NCBI GenBank assembly: GCA_963724765.1
Contig: CAVRVY010000001.1
Coordinates: 1 to 64,000 of the forward strand
Length of the DNA stretch: 64,000 bases
Reading direction: 5' to 3'
Source of the DNA: an uncultured delta proteobacterium
Lineage (GTDB): Bacteria; Desulfobacterota; Binatia; Binatales; Binataceae
Shown one piece after another: positions 10,499-20,302 of the stretch (positions within the stretch are counted from its first letter, which is position 1; every line of letters starts with the position of its first letter). The position numbers and the translations under genes are program-made. The notes beneath the pieces are model-generated. The model ran no database searches, had not been told where the DNA came from, and saw only the letters and a program-made list of their open reading frames with translations.

Positions 10499-10717
10499 TC
10501 ACTCCTCTGCGCCGTGCCCCAACCTGGGCATGTGCGTGGCGATCTCCGCATCGATACCCAGAGCGGCTGTCTGGATCACTGCTAGGGATTGCAGTGTTTC
10601 ATCGGGAAGAGGGCTGGTCGGCGACGCGGCCGCGAGCTTATGCAGAACTTGCAGCCGTTCCCTGACCAAACGGTCGCGCAGCTTAATTAGGGCCTCCAGC
10701 TCGGGGTTATTGTTCAT
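10499..10717 (-). CDS. Small hypothetical protein (72 aa), first gene after the NsrR box
   Basis: GGAGAG RBS before ATG; helical composition. Confidence 0.6.
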   Translation of the reverse strand: MNNNPELEALIKLRDRLVRERLQVLHKLAAASPTSPLPDETLQSLAVIQTAALGIDAEIATHMPRLGHGAEE

Positions 10718-10736
10718 GATTTCTCTCCATTGCTAG

Positions 10737-10776
10737 AACATATATTTACAATACATCTTTATAGCCGAAATGTCAA
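10737..10776 (-). promoter_or_regulatory. Sigma70-type promoter overlapped by an NsrR box
   Basis: Minus strand TTGACA-17-TATTGT. The 11-1-11 site AAGATGTATTG-T-AAATATATGTT at 10737-10759 covers the -10. Confidence 0.8.
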
Positions 10777-11126
10777 TCGTGAGGTTTTCGCCGGCTGTCA
10801 GTCTCCGTAGATGCGCGGCATCTGTGGTCGCGGTCTATTGGGCGGTCTCGTTCCCTTGCCAAACTCGCGTGGGTACCACCGAAAAAGCCGCCGACGATGA
10901 CGACATGAGGGTTCTCGTCGATCACTCCAACAAATCGGCAGGTTGGTCCAACAGGGGGACGTCATAGCCGGCTCCTGTCAACACTCGCTTCGCTGGCGGG
11001 ACTCGCTCGCGATCAAAAGCCGATTACCGCGAAGTCGTAACGGGAGTTAGCCAATTTTCACGCCGTCTGAAAAAGAGGGCGGCAACTGCGTCGCTCGGCA
11101 CTCAATCGTGGAGAATGGGTGTGTGC

Positions 11127-12509
11127 TTAGACCAGGAGGCTCGCCGGGTTCTCCAGGAAGCGCTTTATCTCGTTCAGGAAGCGTGCGCCGATGACTCCGT
11201 CTATTATCCGGTGGTCGCATGCGACCGTCACCATCATGGTCTTGCCGATGCCGAGCTGACCGTTGCGCACGACGGGGCGATCCTTAATGGCGCTTACGGC
11301 CAGGATTGCCGCCTGTCGCGGAACGATGACGGCGGCGAAGTGCTCGACCCCAAGCATCCCCATATTCGAGATCGTAAACGTCGCACCCGAAAGATCGTCG
11401 CCTGAGAAGCCGCCGCGCGCCGCCTTCGTAACCAGGCGATGCGCCGCGCGCGCGATCTCTGGCAATGTCAGCCGCTCACATTCGTGGATCACTGGCACGA
11501 TAAGACCGTCCTCGACCGCGACCGCCATCCCGATATTGATGTGTGGATAGATGATAACGCCGTTGTCCTCGAAGCTCGCGTTCATCCGGGTATAGCGGCT
11601 CAGGGCGAGTGCGGTCGCCTTGATGATTATGTCGTTGTAGGTGATGTCCTCTTCGAAGAGTTCGGTCGCTTCGAGCGAGTTCTTGAGCTTGACCGCCTCC
11701 TCCATGTCGACTTCGATGGTGACGTAGAAGTGCGGGATTTCGCGCTTGGACTGGGCCATGCGCTGCGCGATTGTCTTGCGCATCTTGGACAGCTCTTCGC
11801 GCGTTCCGGGTGCGCCCTCACGTGGCGCGATCAGGCGACGGAAGCGAAACAACTGCTGCTCGCGGATGAAGTCATCGACGTCGCGTTTGGTGATGCGCCC
11901 TTCGGGGCCACTGCCCTTTATCTCGTTCAAATCGAGGCCGGCTTCCTCGGCCGTCCGACGCGCAAGTGGCGAAGCGCGAAACTTGGCGTGCTCGCCGACA
12001 GCGGGCGGCCGCGACGGCGTGGCGACCGCAACCGCTTTCGGCCGCGGCGGAGCCGCGATAGCGGTGGGAACCGCGGACGGATTGGCGCTGAGAGCAGGAT
12101 GGACTTCCGGCGCTGGAACCGCGAAGTCGTCGGTTGCACTGACGGCTTCGCCGGCCGGCTCGGGCTCTTCCATCTCCGCCAGAGGCTCAGCCGACACGCG
12201 TGTCGGCTGAGCCTCTGCAGCCGGCTGCGCAGGCGAGGCGCTCGCGCCTGCGGGCGCGTGTGCCTCGTCTGCGGACCTCAGGACCGCGATAACCTCGCCA
12301 ACCTTCGCGCTCTCGCCCTCCTTGAGCCGGATCTCGTCGAGTACCCCGTCGTCGAAGGCCTCCATCACCATGTCGGCCTTGTCGGTCTCGACTTCGGCGA
12401 TTGCGTCGCCGCGATGAATAGTATCGCCCGGATGCTTGAGCCAGCGCAGAATCTTGCCCTCTTCCATCGTGTCGGAGAGCTTCGGCATCGTAATCTCGTT
12501 GCCGCTCAT
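11127..12509 (-). CDS. pdhC: Pyruvate dehydrogenase E2, dihydrolipoamide acetyltransferase
   Basis: Lipoyl domain EVETDKA; E3-binding ASPLARR...GSGPEGRI; catalytic DHRIIDG. Confidence 0.93.
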   Translation of the reverse strand: MSGNEITMPKLSDTMEEGKILRWLKHPGDTIHRGDAIAEVETDKADMVMEAFDDGVLDEIRLKEGESAKVGEVIAVLRSADEAHAPAGASASPAQPAAEAQPTRVSAEPLAEMEEPEPAGEAVSATDDFAVPAPEVHPALSANPSAVPTAIAAPPRPKAVAVATPSRPPAVGEHAKFRASPLARRTAEEAGLDLNEIKGSGPEGRITKRDVDDFIREQQLFRFRRLIAPREGAPGTREELSKMRKTIAQRMAQSKREIPHFYVTIEVDMEEAVKLKNSLEATELFEEDITYNDIIIKATALALSRYTRMNASFEDNGVIIYPHINIGMAVAVEDGLIVPVIHECERLTLPEIARAAHRLVTKAARGGFSGDDLSGATFTISNMGMLGVEHFAAVIVPRQAAILAVSAIKDRPVVRNGQLGIGKTMMVTVACDHRIIDGVIGARFLNEIKRFLENPASLLV

Positions 12510-12596
12510 GATGGTACGACCCTTTTCGTATCTCGCACGCAAGCGATCCCGGCCGGACGCGCGTCAACTCCGGCACGAGCCCTCGATCTTCTCTCG

Positions 12597-13568
12597 CTAG
12601 ACCAACTGCTCGGCGACCTTGACGATATCGGCCGCGCTGGGCAGGGCCGCGCGCTCCAGTCGCGCGTTGTACGGCATCGGCGTATCGAGCGTGGCTACGC
12701 GCTCGACTGGCGCATCGAGATGGTCGAACGCGGCTTCGTAGATTTGTGCCGCAATCTCGGCACCGGCGCCGCCCGTGCGCCATCCCTCGTATACAACGAT
12801 CGCTTTGCCGGTTTTCTTGACGGAATCGATGACGGTCGCGATGTCGAGCGGATTGAGCGTGCGCAGGTCGATAACTTCGGCGTCGATTCCCTCGTTCTCA
12901 AGCGCGTCGGCGGCGGCAAGCGCGTCGTACACGCATTTCGAGTACGCGACGATCGTGACGTCCTTGCCCACGCGCAGCACGTTAGCCCTGCCGAGCGGCA
13001 CTAAGTGCTCGCCTTCAGGCACCTCGCCCTTCACACCGTAGAGCGATTCGTGTTCGAGAAAAACCACCGGATTCTCCTGGCGGACGCACGTCTTCAGCAG
13101 GCCCTTGGCGTCGGCCGGGGTCGCCGGGATTACGACACGTAACCCTGGGGAGTGCAGGAAATAAGCTTCGAGGCTCTGGCTGTGCTGCGCGCCGAGTTGA
13201 TGGCCTGCGCCCTGCGGTGCGCGTATAACTACCGGCACCTTGGCATGGCCGCCGAACATGTAATGAATCTTGGCGGCGTGGTTGACGATCTGATCCATCG
13301 CGAGCAGGGCGAAATTGACAGTCATCAACTCGACGATCGGTTTGAGCCCGCCCATCGCGGCACCGATTCCCGAACCCACGATCGTGAGTTCCGAGATCGG
13401 CGTATCGCGCACGCGCTTCTCACCATAGACCGCCAGCAGGCCGTCGGTAACCTTGAAGGCACCGCCGAAATAGCCGACCTCTTCGCCCATGATGAAGACG
13501 CGTTCGTCGCGCTCGAGTTCCTCGCGCAGGGCTTGGTTGAGCGCTTCTCTGTATGTGATGTGGGCCAT
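12597..13568 (-). CDS. pdhB: Pyruvate dehydrogenase E1 beta subunit
   Basis: RVRDTPISE, AQHSQSLE, EVIDLRTL. Confidence 0.93.
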   Translation of the reverse strand: MAHITYREALNQALREELERDERVFIMGEEVGYFGGAFKVTDGLLAVYGEKRVRDTPISELTIVGSGIGAAMGGLKPIVELMTVNFALLAMDQIVNHAAKIHYMFGGHAKVPVVIRAPQGAGHQLGAQHSQSLEAYFLHSPGLRVVIPATPADAKGLLKTCVRQENPVVFLEHESLYGVKGEVPEGEHLVPLGRANVLRVGKDVTIVAYSKCVYDALAAADALENEGIDAEVIDLRTLNPLDIATVIDSVKKTGKAIVVYEGWRTGGAGAEIAAQIYEAAFDHLDAPVERVATLDTPMPYNARLERAALPSAADIVKVAEQLV

Positions 13569-13583
13569 GCTGAGACCTCGCCT

Positions 13584-14588
13584 TCACTCCACGTAGACGT
13601 ACCTGCCAAGTTCGTCGATCGAGGGCTCGGGACTTTGCTCGGCGAACTTCACTGCGTCGTCGATAATCGCGACGACTTCGCGCTCGATGTCGTCTAGCTT
13701 GGTATCGATCGAGTTTCCTTCATGCAGGAGCTTGGCCCTGAGCTTCTTGATCGGATCGCGCTCCTGCCAGATTCGTTCCTCACGCTTGGAGCGATACTCG
13801 GCCGGGTCGGACATCGAATGGCCGCGATAGCGATAGGTGACCGCTTCGATGAGCGACGGGCCATGGCCCTCACGGGCGCGCGCTGCCGCCTCGAGCACCG
13901 CTTGATAGACTGCGAGCACGTCCATTCCGTCGACTCGCACGCCCGGCATCTTGTACGGCTCGGCAAAGCGGTAAAGCTCCTCCTGGCAGATGGCGTTCTG
14001 TACGAGCGTGCCCATACCGTAGAAGTTGTTCTCGCACATGAAGATCACGGGCAGCTTCCAGAGTGAGGCCATATTAAGGCTCTCGTGGAACGCGCCCTGT
14101 GGCAGCGCACCGTCGCCGAAGAAGCAGCAGACTACCTCGGGCTCCTCCTTATAGACGATTGAGAGCCCGAGTCCAGCCGCAAGCGGCAACCCGCCACCGA
14201 CGATGGCATAGCCACCCATGAAGCGCAGGTTGGCGTCGAACATATGCATCGAGCCGCCGTGCCCGCGCGAAAGTCCGGTCGATTTGCCGAACAGCTCCGC
14301 CATCACCACGCGCGGAGACGCGCCCTTGGTAAGGCAATGGCCATGCTCACGGTAGGTGGAGACGACGTAGTCCTTGTCGTAGAGGGCGGAGATAGCGCCT
14401 ACGGCGACCGCCTCTTCGCCCGCATAGAGATGGCAGAAGCCGGTGATCTTGCCCCGGCTATACATCTCCGCGACCTTGTCCTCGAAGCGCCGGATCAGAA
14501 CCATCCGCCGATAGAGGTCCATCAACCGGGCCTCATCAATCGTCAGCAGGGCACGTTCGGCGATGTGTTTTTCACGTTCCGGGGCCAT
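13584..14588 (-). CDS. pdhA: Pyruvate dehydrogenase E1 alpha subunit
   Basis: GFCHLYAGEEA; TPP-binding GDGA...ENN; TYRYRGHSMSDP. Confidence 0.95.
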   Translation of the reverse strand: MAPEREKHIAERALLTIDEARLMDLYRRMVLIRRFEDKVAEMYSRGKITGFCHLYAGEEAVAVGAISALYDKDYVVSTYREHGHCLTKGASPRVVMAELFGKSTGLSRGHGGSMHMFDANLRFMGGYAIVGGGLPLAAGLGLSIVYKEEPEVVCCFFGDGALPQGAFHESLNMASLWKLPVIFMCENNFYGMGTLVQNAICQEELYRFAEPYKMPGVRVDGMDVLAVYQAVLEAAARAREGHGPSLIEAVTYRYRGHSMSDPAEYRSKREERIWQERDPIKKLRAKLLHEGNSIDTKLDDIEREVVAIIDDAVKFAEQSPEPSIDELGRYVYVE

Positions 14589-14771
14589 CGTAAAAACCCC
14601 CGGCGCCCGCGAGGCGCCTTATTCGATTAAATCAAAATCCATCATGGATGCCCGCCACAGATGTGGCGATAACCGGCAAACTCGGAGACGAGCACCTTCA
14701 GCAGTGAGCGAGAATCTGCCTTTCTCAAGGTTTATTTCTCCACTGATGAATTGCGTGGGCCCTATCGTCGG

Positions 14772-15353
14772 TCACTCCGGTCTCTCGTCTCGAGGATTCA
14801 GCAAAGAATCTCCGTAACCCGCGCGTATTAGCACTCGCTTCGCTGCCGCGAGAACCTTGGGGCTCTCAACCCAGGGTGATACGGGAACCTTTGCGGCCGC
14901 TTCGCAGCGGGCGAGGATCTCATCAAGCTCAGGACCTGCGACCCTTTCGCACTGTTCGTAAACGCCGCCCGGGGCCTCTTCGAGCGGATTATGCGCGTCC
15001 AACACGGCGCGTATGGCGCTGAGCGTTGTGGCGGAGGGCGGGAGCATCATCAGCGCGGCGAGCGCGCCGTGATCGAGTCTCAGGCGGACCGCAAGCGCCA
15101 GAGGTTCTCCACCGCGCCGCCGCTCAGCCATCGGCAGCAAGATCTTCTCCTCGATGCTGATGTGCCTGAGCAGGCCCTTGCGGAATTCTCCATAGCTCTC
15201 AATGCTAGCCGCTCCTTCCTGTGCCGAAACCTGTGCCAACAGACGGTCCAGATTTGCGTGCTCGGCCGCCATGAGTTGACAGAGGCGTCCGCCAAACGAT
15301 TCGCTAGCGCGGCTGTCGCTGTGTTCAGCTTCCTCTAAAACTCGTGAATTCAT
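14772..15353 (-). CDS. Hemerythrin-like (HHE) domain protein
   Basis: EHANLD...RHISIEEKILLP...DHGAL...HNPLEE. Confidence 0.8.
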   Translation of the reverse strand: MNSRVLEEAEHSDSRASESFGGRLCQLMAAEHANLDRLLAQVSAQEGAASIESYGEFRKGLLRHISIEEKILLPMAERRRGGEPLALAVRLRLDHGALAALMMLPPSATTLSAIRAVLDAHNPLEEAPGGVYEQCERVAGPELDEILARCEAAAKVPVSPWVESPKVLAAAKRVLIRAGYGDSLLNPRDERPE

Positions 15354-15402
15354 CGGGAGTCGTCCTTTGAGGTTCAGCCAAGCCTCTGTTGCGTTCGCCC
15401 GA

Positions 15403-15879
15403 TCACAACCAACCATGGGTGCCCGCCACCGCCGCGGCGATAACAAGCAAACTCAACACGAGCAGCATCCAGTGCATGGTCTCGATTCGCGCGAGAGCCT
15501 TGGCGGGTTCGGTTGCAAGCATTCGTTCCAGGCGGGGTCCGACGAACAGTGGCTCGATGACGAACAGCATCAGCCCGAAGATCAGCCACAATGCCACCAT
15601 CGCATGCATCCACCAGTAGCGGGCCTCCGTGAATCGCGGCCAAGCGTTGAGTGCCCCAACCATGTAAAATCCACTCAGGCCAACGATGAACCAGGCGATC
15701 CTCGCTTGCGGACGAAAGCGGCGCTCGACCTGCTCGAACAGCCAGACTTTCTGCTCATTCGGCTCGAGTCGGCGCATCGCCGGAAAGATCACGGTCGTCA
15801 CCGCCGCTATGCCGCCGATCCAGATCACTACCGAGAGCACGTGTAGCGCGCGCCCCACGCTTAACCACCCGTATCTCAT
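15403..15879 (-). CDS. Four-TM membrane protein (CopD/HemJ-like pattern)
   Basis: ALHVLSVVIWIGG...WWMHAM; four hydrophobic segments. Confidence 0.65.
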   Translation of the reverse strand: MRYGWLSVGRALHVLSVVIWIGGIAAVTTVIFPAMRRLEPNEQKVWLFEQVERRFRPQARIAWFIVGLSGFYMVGALNAWPRFTEARYWWMHAMVALWLIFGLMLFVIEPLFVGPRLERMLATEPAKALARIETMHWMLLVLSLLVIAAAVAGTHGWL

Positions 15880-16199
15880 CTCACGGACCTCAGGCGGGGT
15901 GCGTGTTTGAGATGGAACTCTAATGCCAGGACAGCGAAAGAACCCAGCACCAGTGTCCTGAGAAGCCAAGTGCGTGCGCTGAGTCCCACCAGCGAGGCAC
16001 GTAGCGCCGTGTACAGGGCCTCAGCGATGTGCACCATCAAGCTGAACGCGAAGAGGACCCGCCCCGCCCGCGCGGCAACACCGAAAGGCCCGAGCGCCAA
16101 GGCGCCGAGCGCTATCCACAGAAGGCCCGCGATGCGCCATTCGCGCTCGGCAATTGCGATTTCGTCGTATCCGGAAAGCATTTGTCGTCGCTGCATCAC
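15876..16199 (-). CDS. Small membrane protein
   Basis: Three hydrophobic segments; 4-bp overlaps with both neighbours. Confidence 0.65.
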   Translation of the reverse strand: MMQRRQMLSGYDEIAIAEREWRIAGLLWIALGALALGPFGVAARAGRVLFAFSLMVHIAEALYTALRASLVGLSARTWLLRTLVLGSFAVLALEFHLKHAPRLRSVR

Positions 16200-17386
16200 G
16201 GAATTATCCGTTGCCCCTTATGCGAGGCCATCATGCGCGGCATGCATTGCCGCCCCTTCAATATCCCGGAGCTGACAGCGTGTCCGGTGTTTCCGACAAA
16301 GATCAGTACGGCAACTACATTCAGAAGGCCGCCCCATTCGTAAGCTGCATAGGAGTGCGCCAGGTCGCCGCCGATACGCAGGAGAAGCGACAGGTGCAGC
16401 AGCGCCGAATGCGCATAAAAGATTTGACGGTAAGGCAACGGCCTCTGCAGCACAGCCGGAAAGATCATGGGCGCATGGGCGAAGATCATCGAGAAGACGA
16501 AGCCAAGAAAGACGCTGTGCAGCATCACGTCGTAATGAAAGGTCGTCAGATCGTTCCCGAACCAAATCCACGTAAGCCCGCCGAAGCCCAGCCAGAAGTA
16601 CCCGGCCAGCAGGTTCACCGCGATGAAGCGAGTGAGTCCCTGCTGCTTCACGGTCCGGCGCGCGAGATCGTAGCGCCACAGCCAGAGCGCCATCACGAAC
16701 ATCCCAATACCAGCGAGCCGAAGGCCAGGAGCGGGGTTATGCGATGCGAGCGCAAGGCCGACCAGAAAAATTCCGGTGCCGAATAGAAAGAGCGCGCGGT
16801 TTTGCTCGCCGGGCCCGGTCAGTCGGCTCAACTCAAGCCGCTCACCGACAATGGTCAGGACGAGGAAGCCAGTCCACCAGAAGAACATCTCCAGGATTGG
16901 TATGCCGGCGAGCCACAGGCAGTTGCCGACAAACCACGCTATTGCCCCGAGCGCCATCGTGACCGTGAATGAAGCCGGCTGGCGGTGGAGGATCGCGGCA
17001 AAAATCGCGATAAGACCCAGGCTGCCCACAGTGATGAGCAAAGGTCCGACCGGGTCGGGCACGCCCACGATCAAAGCAAGAGCGCCTAGGCCGCTCAGCG
17101 AGGGCGCGACATAACTCCAGCCCGTTCCGAGCGCCACCGCTCGTTCGAGGCTTATCAGCGTACCGAGAAAGCCGCATACCATCAGTGGACCATGCGCCAC
17201 ATAGAGTCCGGGCTGAATCGCCGGCAGATTCCACCCTAGGCGCAGCAAGCCGGCCCATAGTGCCGCCATGAGTGCGACGATCGCGAGCGCAAGCAGCGGC
17301 AGCCGCTCATACTTGAGCCTTGGAGGCGCCGGCGTGCGAGCAGCGCCGCCGCTTTCAACCGTCAACTGAGGTCCGCTTGCTCCCAT
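16196..17386 (-). CDS. NnrS-like polytopic membrane protein
   Basis: HGPLMVCGFLGTLISLERAVA...LHSVFLGFVFSMIFAH; about 12 TM segments. Confidence 0.75.
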   Translation of the reverse strand: MGASGPQLTVESGGAARTPAPPRLKYERLPLLALAIVALMAALWAGLLRLGWNLPAIQPGLYVAHGPLMVCGFLGTLISLERAVALGTGWSYVAPSLSGLGALALIVGVPDPVGPLLITVGSLGLIAIFAAILHRQPASFTVTMALGAIAWFVGNCLWLAGIPILEMFFWWTGFLVLTIVGERLELSRLTGPGEQNRALFLFGTGIFLVGLALASHNPAPGLRLAGIGMFVMALWLWRYDLARRTVKQQGLTRFIAVNLLAGYFWLGFGGLTWIWFGNDLTTFHYDVMLHSVFLGFVFSMIFAHAPMIFPAVLQRPLPYRQIFYAHSALLHLSLLLRIGGDLAHSYAAYEWGGLLNVVAVLIFVGNTGHAVSSGILKGRQCMPRMMASHKGQRIIP

Positions 17387-17491
17387 GTTTGAACTCTCGC
17401 GCTATCCAGTGCTCGCCAGATTTTCCTCGACGTCCGACTTGTGATCGTTCTCGACGACTTCTCCGCTTCTGCCGCGTGAGGAGTATGCCAA

Positions 17492-17869
17492 TCAGCCGAT
17501 CGCGGTAGTGAGCAGTACCGCGCTCTCCTCGAGAGCTTCGAGGCTATGAAGGACATCGCGGTCCAGGGCGACCATGCTTCCAGCCGATAGCCTCACCTGC
17601 TCGGTTCCAGTGGAAAAGCGAATCACGCCGGAAAGCACGTGCACGGCGATCGGTCCTCTCGTGCGATGCTCTTTTAGTTGGGCCTCCTTCCTAAGCACCA
17701 TAAGCAGGACGTTCAGCGCACCATCTTTAACCAGGCTAACGGCGAGACGATCCTCCGATGACCACTCCGGCTTTTCTTTGAGACGCGCTATCTCATCCGC
17801 GATCGTGATTGACACCATTGCGCCCGCGCTCGGGCGAAGCGCCTGCTTATTCTTTTCGTGGTCGGTCAT
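17492..17869 (-). CDS. Cupin domain protein
   Basis: LKEHRTRGPIAVHVLSG...LHSLEALEES. Confidence 0.85.
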   Translation of the reverse strand: MTDHEKNKQALRPSAGAMVSITIADEIARLKEKPEWSSEDRLAVSLVKDGALNVLLMVLRKEAQLKEHRTRGPIAVHVLSGVIRFSTGTEQVRLSAGSMVALDRDVLHSLEALEESAVLLTTAIG

Positions 17870-18084
17870 ACGATGTCCCCCCAATCTGTCGTCCCGTTTT
17901 CGTTCACCCAGCGACCGCCATCGTCGGCCCAGCGTGTCAGAGCCCGCTGGTCGATCAGCCTCTCATCCGGAGCGATCGCTGCCTGAGCGCTTGCTTCCAA
18001 TCTCCGCCCCGGCTCGCGAAAACGTCCGAGCGTTGGCACACAGAAAACTTGATTGAAAAAACTCGAATGCTGGCCTGCGTCCAT
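17866..18084 (-). CDS. Small hypothetical protein (72 aa)
   Basis: GAGGTG RBS; stop overlaps the cupin start (ATGA-type); RWADDGG motif. Confidence 0.55.
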   Translation of the reverse strand: MDAGQHSSFFNQVFCVPTLGRFREPGRRLEASAQAAIAPDERLIDQRALTRWADDGGRWVNENGTTDWGDIV

Positions 18085-18139
18085 AGCTCACCTCCCAAGA
18101 ACCTCTCGCACTTCTGCAAGAGCAAAGGACCTCTTCGGC

Positions 18140-18607
18140 CTACGAGACCGACTTCGCAGCGCCGGTTAGGCTGGCCCCCTCCGCTTCGAGAGCGGCCAGA
18201 CGCTTGCGGATTTCCTTGTCGTGATTCCATCGCGCCGTAACCTCGCGCAGGATCGCCGCGGGACCCAGAAGCTTTCCATCTTCGCCGCGGATTAGAGCGA
18301 TCGTAAACTCGATGGAGATTCGCGAGCCGTCCTTGCGAAGCGCCGGGACTGCCAGCAAATTCCGGCTGTATTGGGTGCGCCCGGTCCTCATCGTCTCATT
18401 GTACCCGTCCCAGTGACGCTCCCGGAGATTCTCGGGAATGATCAGGTCCATCGACTTGCCTACGATCTCGTCGGCGCGAAAGCCGAAAATTCTCTCCGCG
18501 CCGGCGTTCCATAGCTGCACCTTGCCGTCAGCGTCTCCGAAAATGACCGCGTCTCCGGTATTGTCGACAATCTGCCGGCACAGCCATTCATGGGTATATT
18601 CCGCCAT
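18140..18607 (-). CDS. Stand-alone PAS domain protein
   Basis: WNAGAERIFGFRADEIVGKSMDLIIPE...RKDGSRISIEFT. Confidence 0.9.
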   Translation of the reverse strand: MAEYTHEWLCRQIVDNTGDAVIFGDADGKVQLWNAGAERIFGFRADEIVGKSMDLIIPENLRERHWDGYNETMRTGRTQYSRNLLAVPALRKDGSRISIEFTIALIRGEDGKLLGPAAILREVTARWNHDKEIRKRLAALEAEGASLTGAAKSVS

Positions 18608-18626
18608 TTCGATCACCTCACGTCTG

Positions 18627-18929
18627 CTAGCTGTTGAGGTGGCGCGCCAGATCCACGAAACGGTCCCAGGGTGTGGCGGTCCAAAGCTCGGCAGTGGCGC
18701 GGCCGAAGGAACGAATCAAGAGGGCGACTTTGGTCGCCGTGTCAGCGTCAGGCGCCTCAAAAATGTCCACGTAGTCGCAGGGTCCCGCGATCGCGTAGTT
18801 GGCGAGCCACTTGATCGCGGAACACTCTTGCTTGATGCGGTCGTTGACTTGGCGGTTCAGGTTCTCCACAGCGGCCGGTGCCGCCAACGCATCCGGCGAA
18901 AGCCTGGTAAGCATCACATAAGTGTTCAT
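18627..18929 (-). CDS. GYD domain protein
   Basis: YAIAGPCDYVDIFEAPD. Confidence 0.85.
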   Translation of the reverse strand: MNTYVMLTRLSPDALAAPAAVENLNRQVNDRIKQECSAIKWLANYAIAGPCDYVDIFEAPDADTATKVALLIRSFGRATAELWTATPWDRFVDLARHLNS

Positions 18930-18992
18930 GTACGAAGTCCTCCTTGTCTGCGAATCTTCATCCGCCTCTAGCTCAGAGATCTGCCAGGAATT

Positions 18993-19343
18993 CTATTTGA
19001 GTCCCCACTTGCGTTTGTTCTCCTCAATCTCTTCAGGAGTGGGACCGGGCTTCTCCTCGAACGTTTTCACCCGGAACTGCTCGGGCGATTCAACCGTCCG
19101 GCGGTTAAGCGCGACATCGCTCTGGAACAACTCCGGCACCGCCGGCTCCTCGTAGATCGCCTGCCACGGACACTCCGGTTCGCAGGCGCCGCAGTCGATG
19201 CATTCGTCCGGGTTGATGTAGAGCTGATTCGGCAGTCCGTCTTTACCGGGTTCAAGTGGTTCGTAGATGCAATCGACGGGACAGACGCTGACGCATCCCG
19301 TGTCCAGGCAGTCAATGCACAGCCTCGTTATGACCCACGGCAT
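18993..19343 (-). CDS. Dicluster (7Fe/8Fe FdxA-type) ferredoxin
   Basis: [17 protein letters not shown] and [12 protein letters not shown]. Confidence 0.93.
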   Translation of the reverse strand: MPWVITRLCIDCLDTGCVSVCPVDCIYEPLEPGKDGLPNQLYINPDECIDCGACEPECPWQAIYEEPAVPELFQSDVALNRRTVESPEQFRVKTFEEKPGPTPEEIEENKRKWGLK

Positions 19344-19370
19344 GACTCACCTTCCTTTCCCAGAGGGGGC

Positions 19371-19880
19371 TCAGGCGGACTGAGCGGCCGCCGCGTGGCT
19401 GCGGACCGTGTCGGCCCAGCGCAGCAGGTCCAAGTGCGCTCCGCGCGACTGGTCCCGCGCTTCTAAAACCCGCTGCATCGTTTTGTCCGGCAAAAGCTCG
19501 GCCATAATCGAAAGCCCGTCGCACTCAAAGACATGTGGTAGAAGGCTGCGCGCATACTTCGCGCCGCTCTGGGCATCCTGCTCGGTAAGCTCACTCTGGG
19601 CGGCTAGCTCCACGAGATTGCGCGCCGCATCAATCGCGCGATCGTGATCGCTCAGCAGCTTCTGCACCTGCTCCTCATCAAGTACCTCGATGAGCGCCGG
19701 GTAAAACGCTTCCTCCTCGTAGCGAAAATGCGGTCCGGCTAATGCCGCCGCTTGGTTAAGAAAATGGCGAACGTTTGACACATCTCGGTTGCGGAAGGCC
19801 TGGATCAGGTTGAGCAACGAATCGCGAATCGCGCGATGTTCATTCTTGAAGACTTCTCCGAACTGGGTTGTAGCTGACAT
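19371..19880 (-). CDS. Hemerythrin-like (HHE) domain protein
   Basis: EHRAIRD...HFRYEEEAFYP...DHDRA...HVFECD. Confidence 0.85.
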   Translation of the reverse strand: MSATTQFGEVFKNEHRAIRDSLLNLIQAFRNRDVSNVRHFLNQAAALAGPHFRYEEEAFYPALIEVLDEEQVQKLLSDHDRAIDAARNLVELAAQSELTEQDAQSGAKYARSLLPHVFECDGLSIMAELLPDKTMQRVLEARDQSRGAHLDLLRWADTVRSHAAAAQSA

Positions 19881-19893
19881 TCAATTCTCTCCT

Positions 19894-20274
19894 TTATGAA
19901 ATTGCGTGAACGTTTTCGCTGAGCTGGTTGATGGTGAAGCGCGGTACGAGCACGATGACTTCTGCTGACGGGTTCTCAACGACCGCCTGACAACCAAGCC
20001 GCGAAGTCATCGCCAGGCCGGGCGCCTTGTCGAGCAGATCCTCTTCCTGCTCCGACGCTTCCGAGAGTTCGTCGAACCCCCGCTTGACGATCACGTGACA
20101 GGTCGTACATGCGCAGTTGCCGCCGCAGGCGTGCTCCAGATGCACGCCGTGCCCGACTAACACATCAAACAGCGAACCCGCCTTGCCGTCATGCTGAAAC
20201 GGAGTCCTTGCGGGATCGAACTCAATCACCTGCTCGGGCTCGCCGCTCTCGAAAACGACTCGGATCGTGGCCAT
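19894..20274 (-). CDS. [2Fe-2S] ferredoxin (ISC Fdx/adrenodoxin type)
   Basis: HACGGNCACTTCH...SRLGCQ; start MATIRVVF. Confidence 0.92.
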   Translation of the reverse strand: MATIRVVFESGEPEQVIEFDPARTPFQHDGKAGSLFDVLVGHGVHLEHACGGNCACTTCHVIVKRGFDELSEASEQEEDLLDKAPGLAMTSRLGCQAVVENPSAEVIVLVPRFTINQLSENVHAIS

Positions 20275-20302
20275 GCTGATGCCGCCTGCCCGACGTGCCG
20301 TC

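Noticed and set aside
11439-13004. 521-aa plus-strand ORF and many similar long antisense ORFs
   Set aside because: Shadow frames of high-GC genes (here pdhB/pdhC); no motifs.
14622-14635. FNR/DNR box upstream of pdhA (TTCGATTAAATCAA)
   Set aside because: Half-site mismatch and wrong spacing relative to TTGAT-N4-ATCAA.
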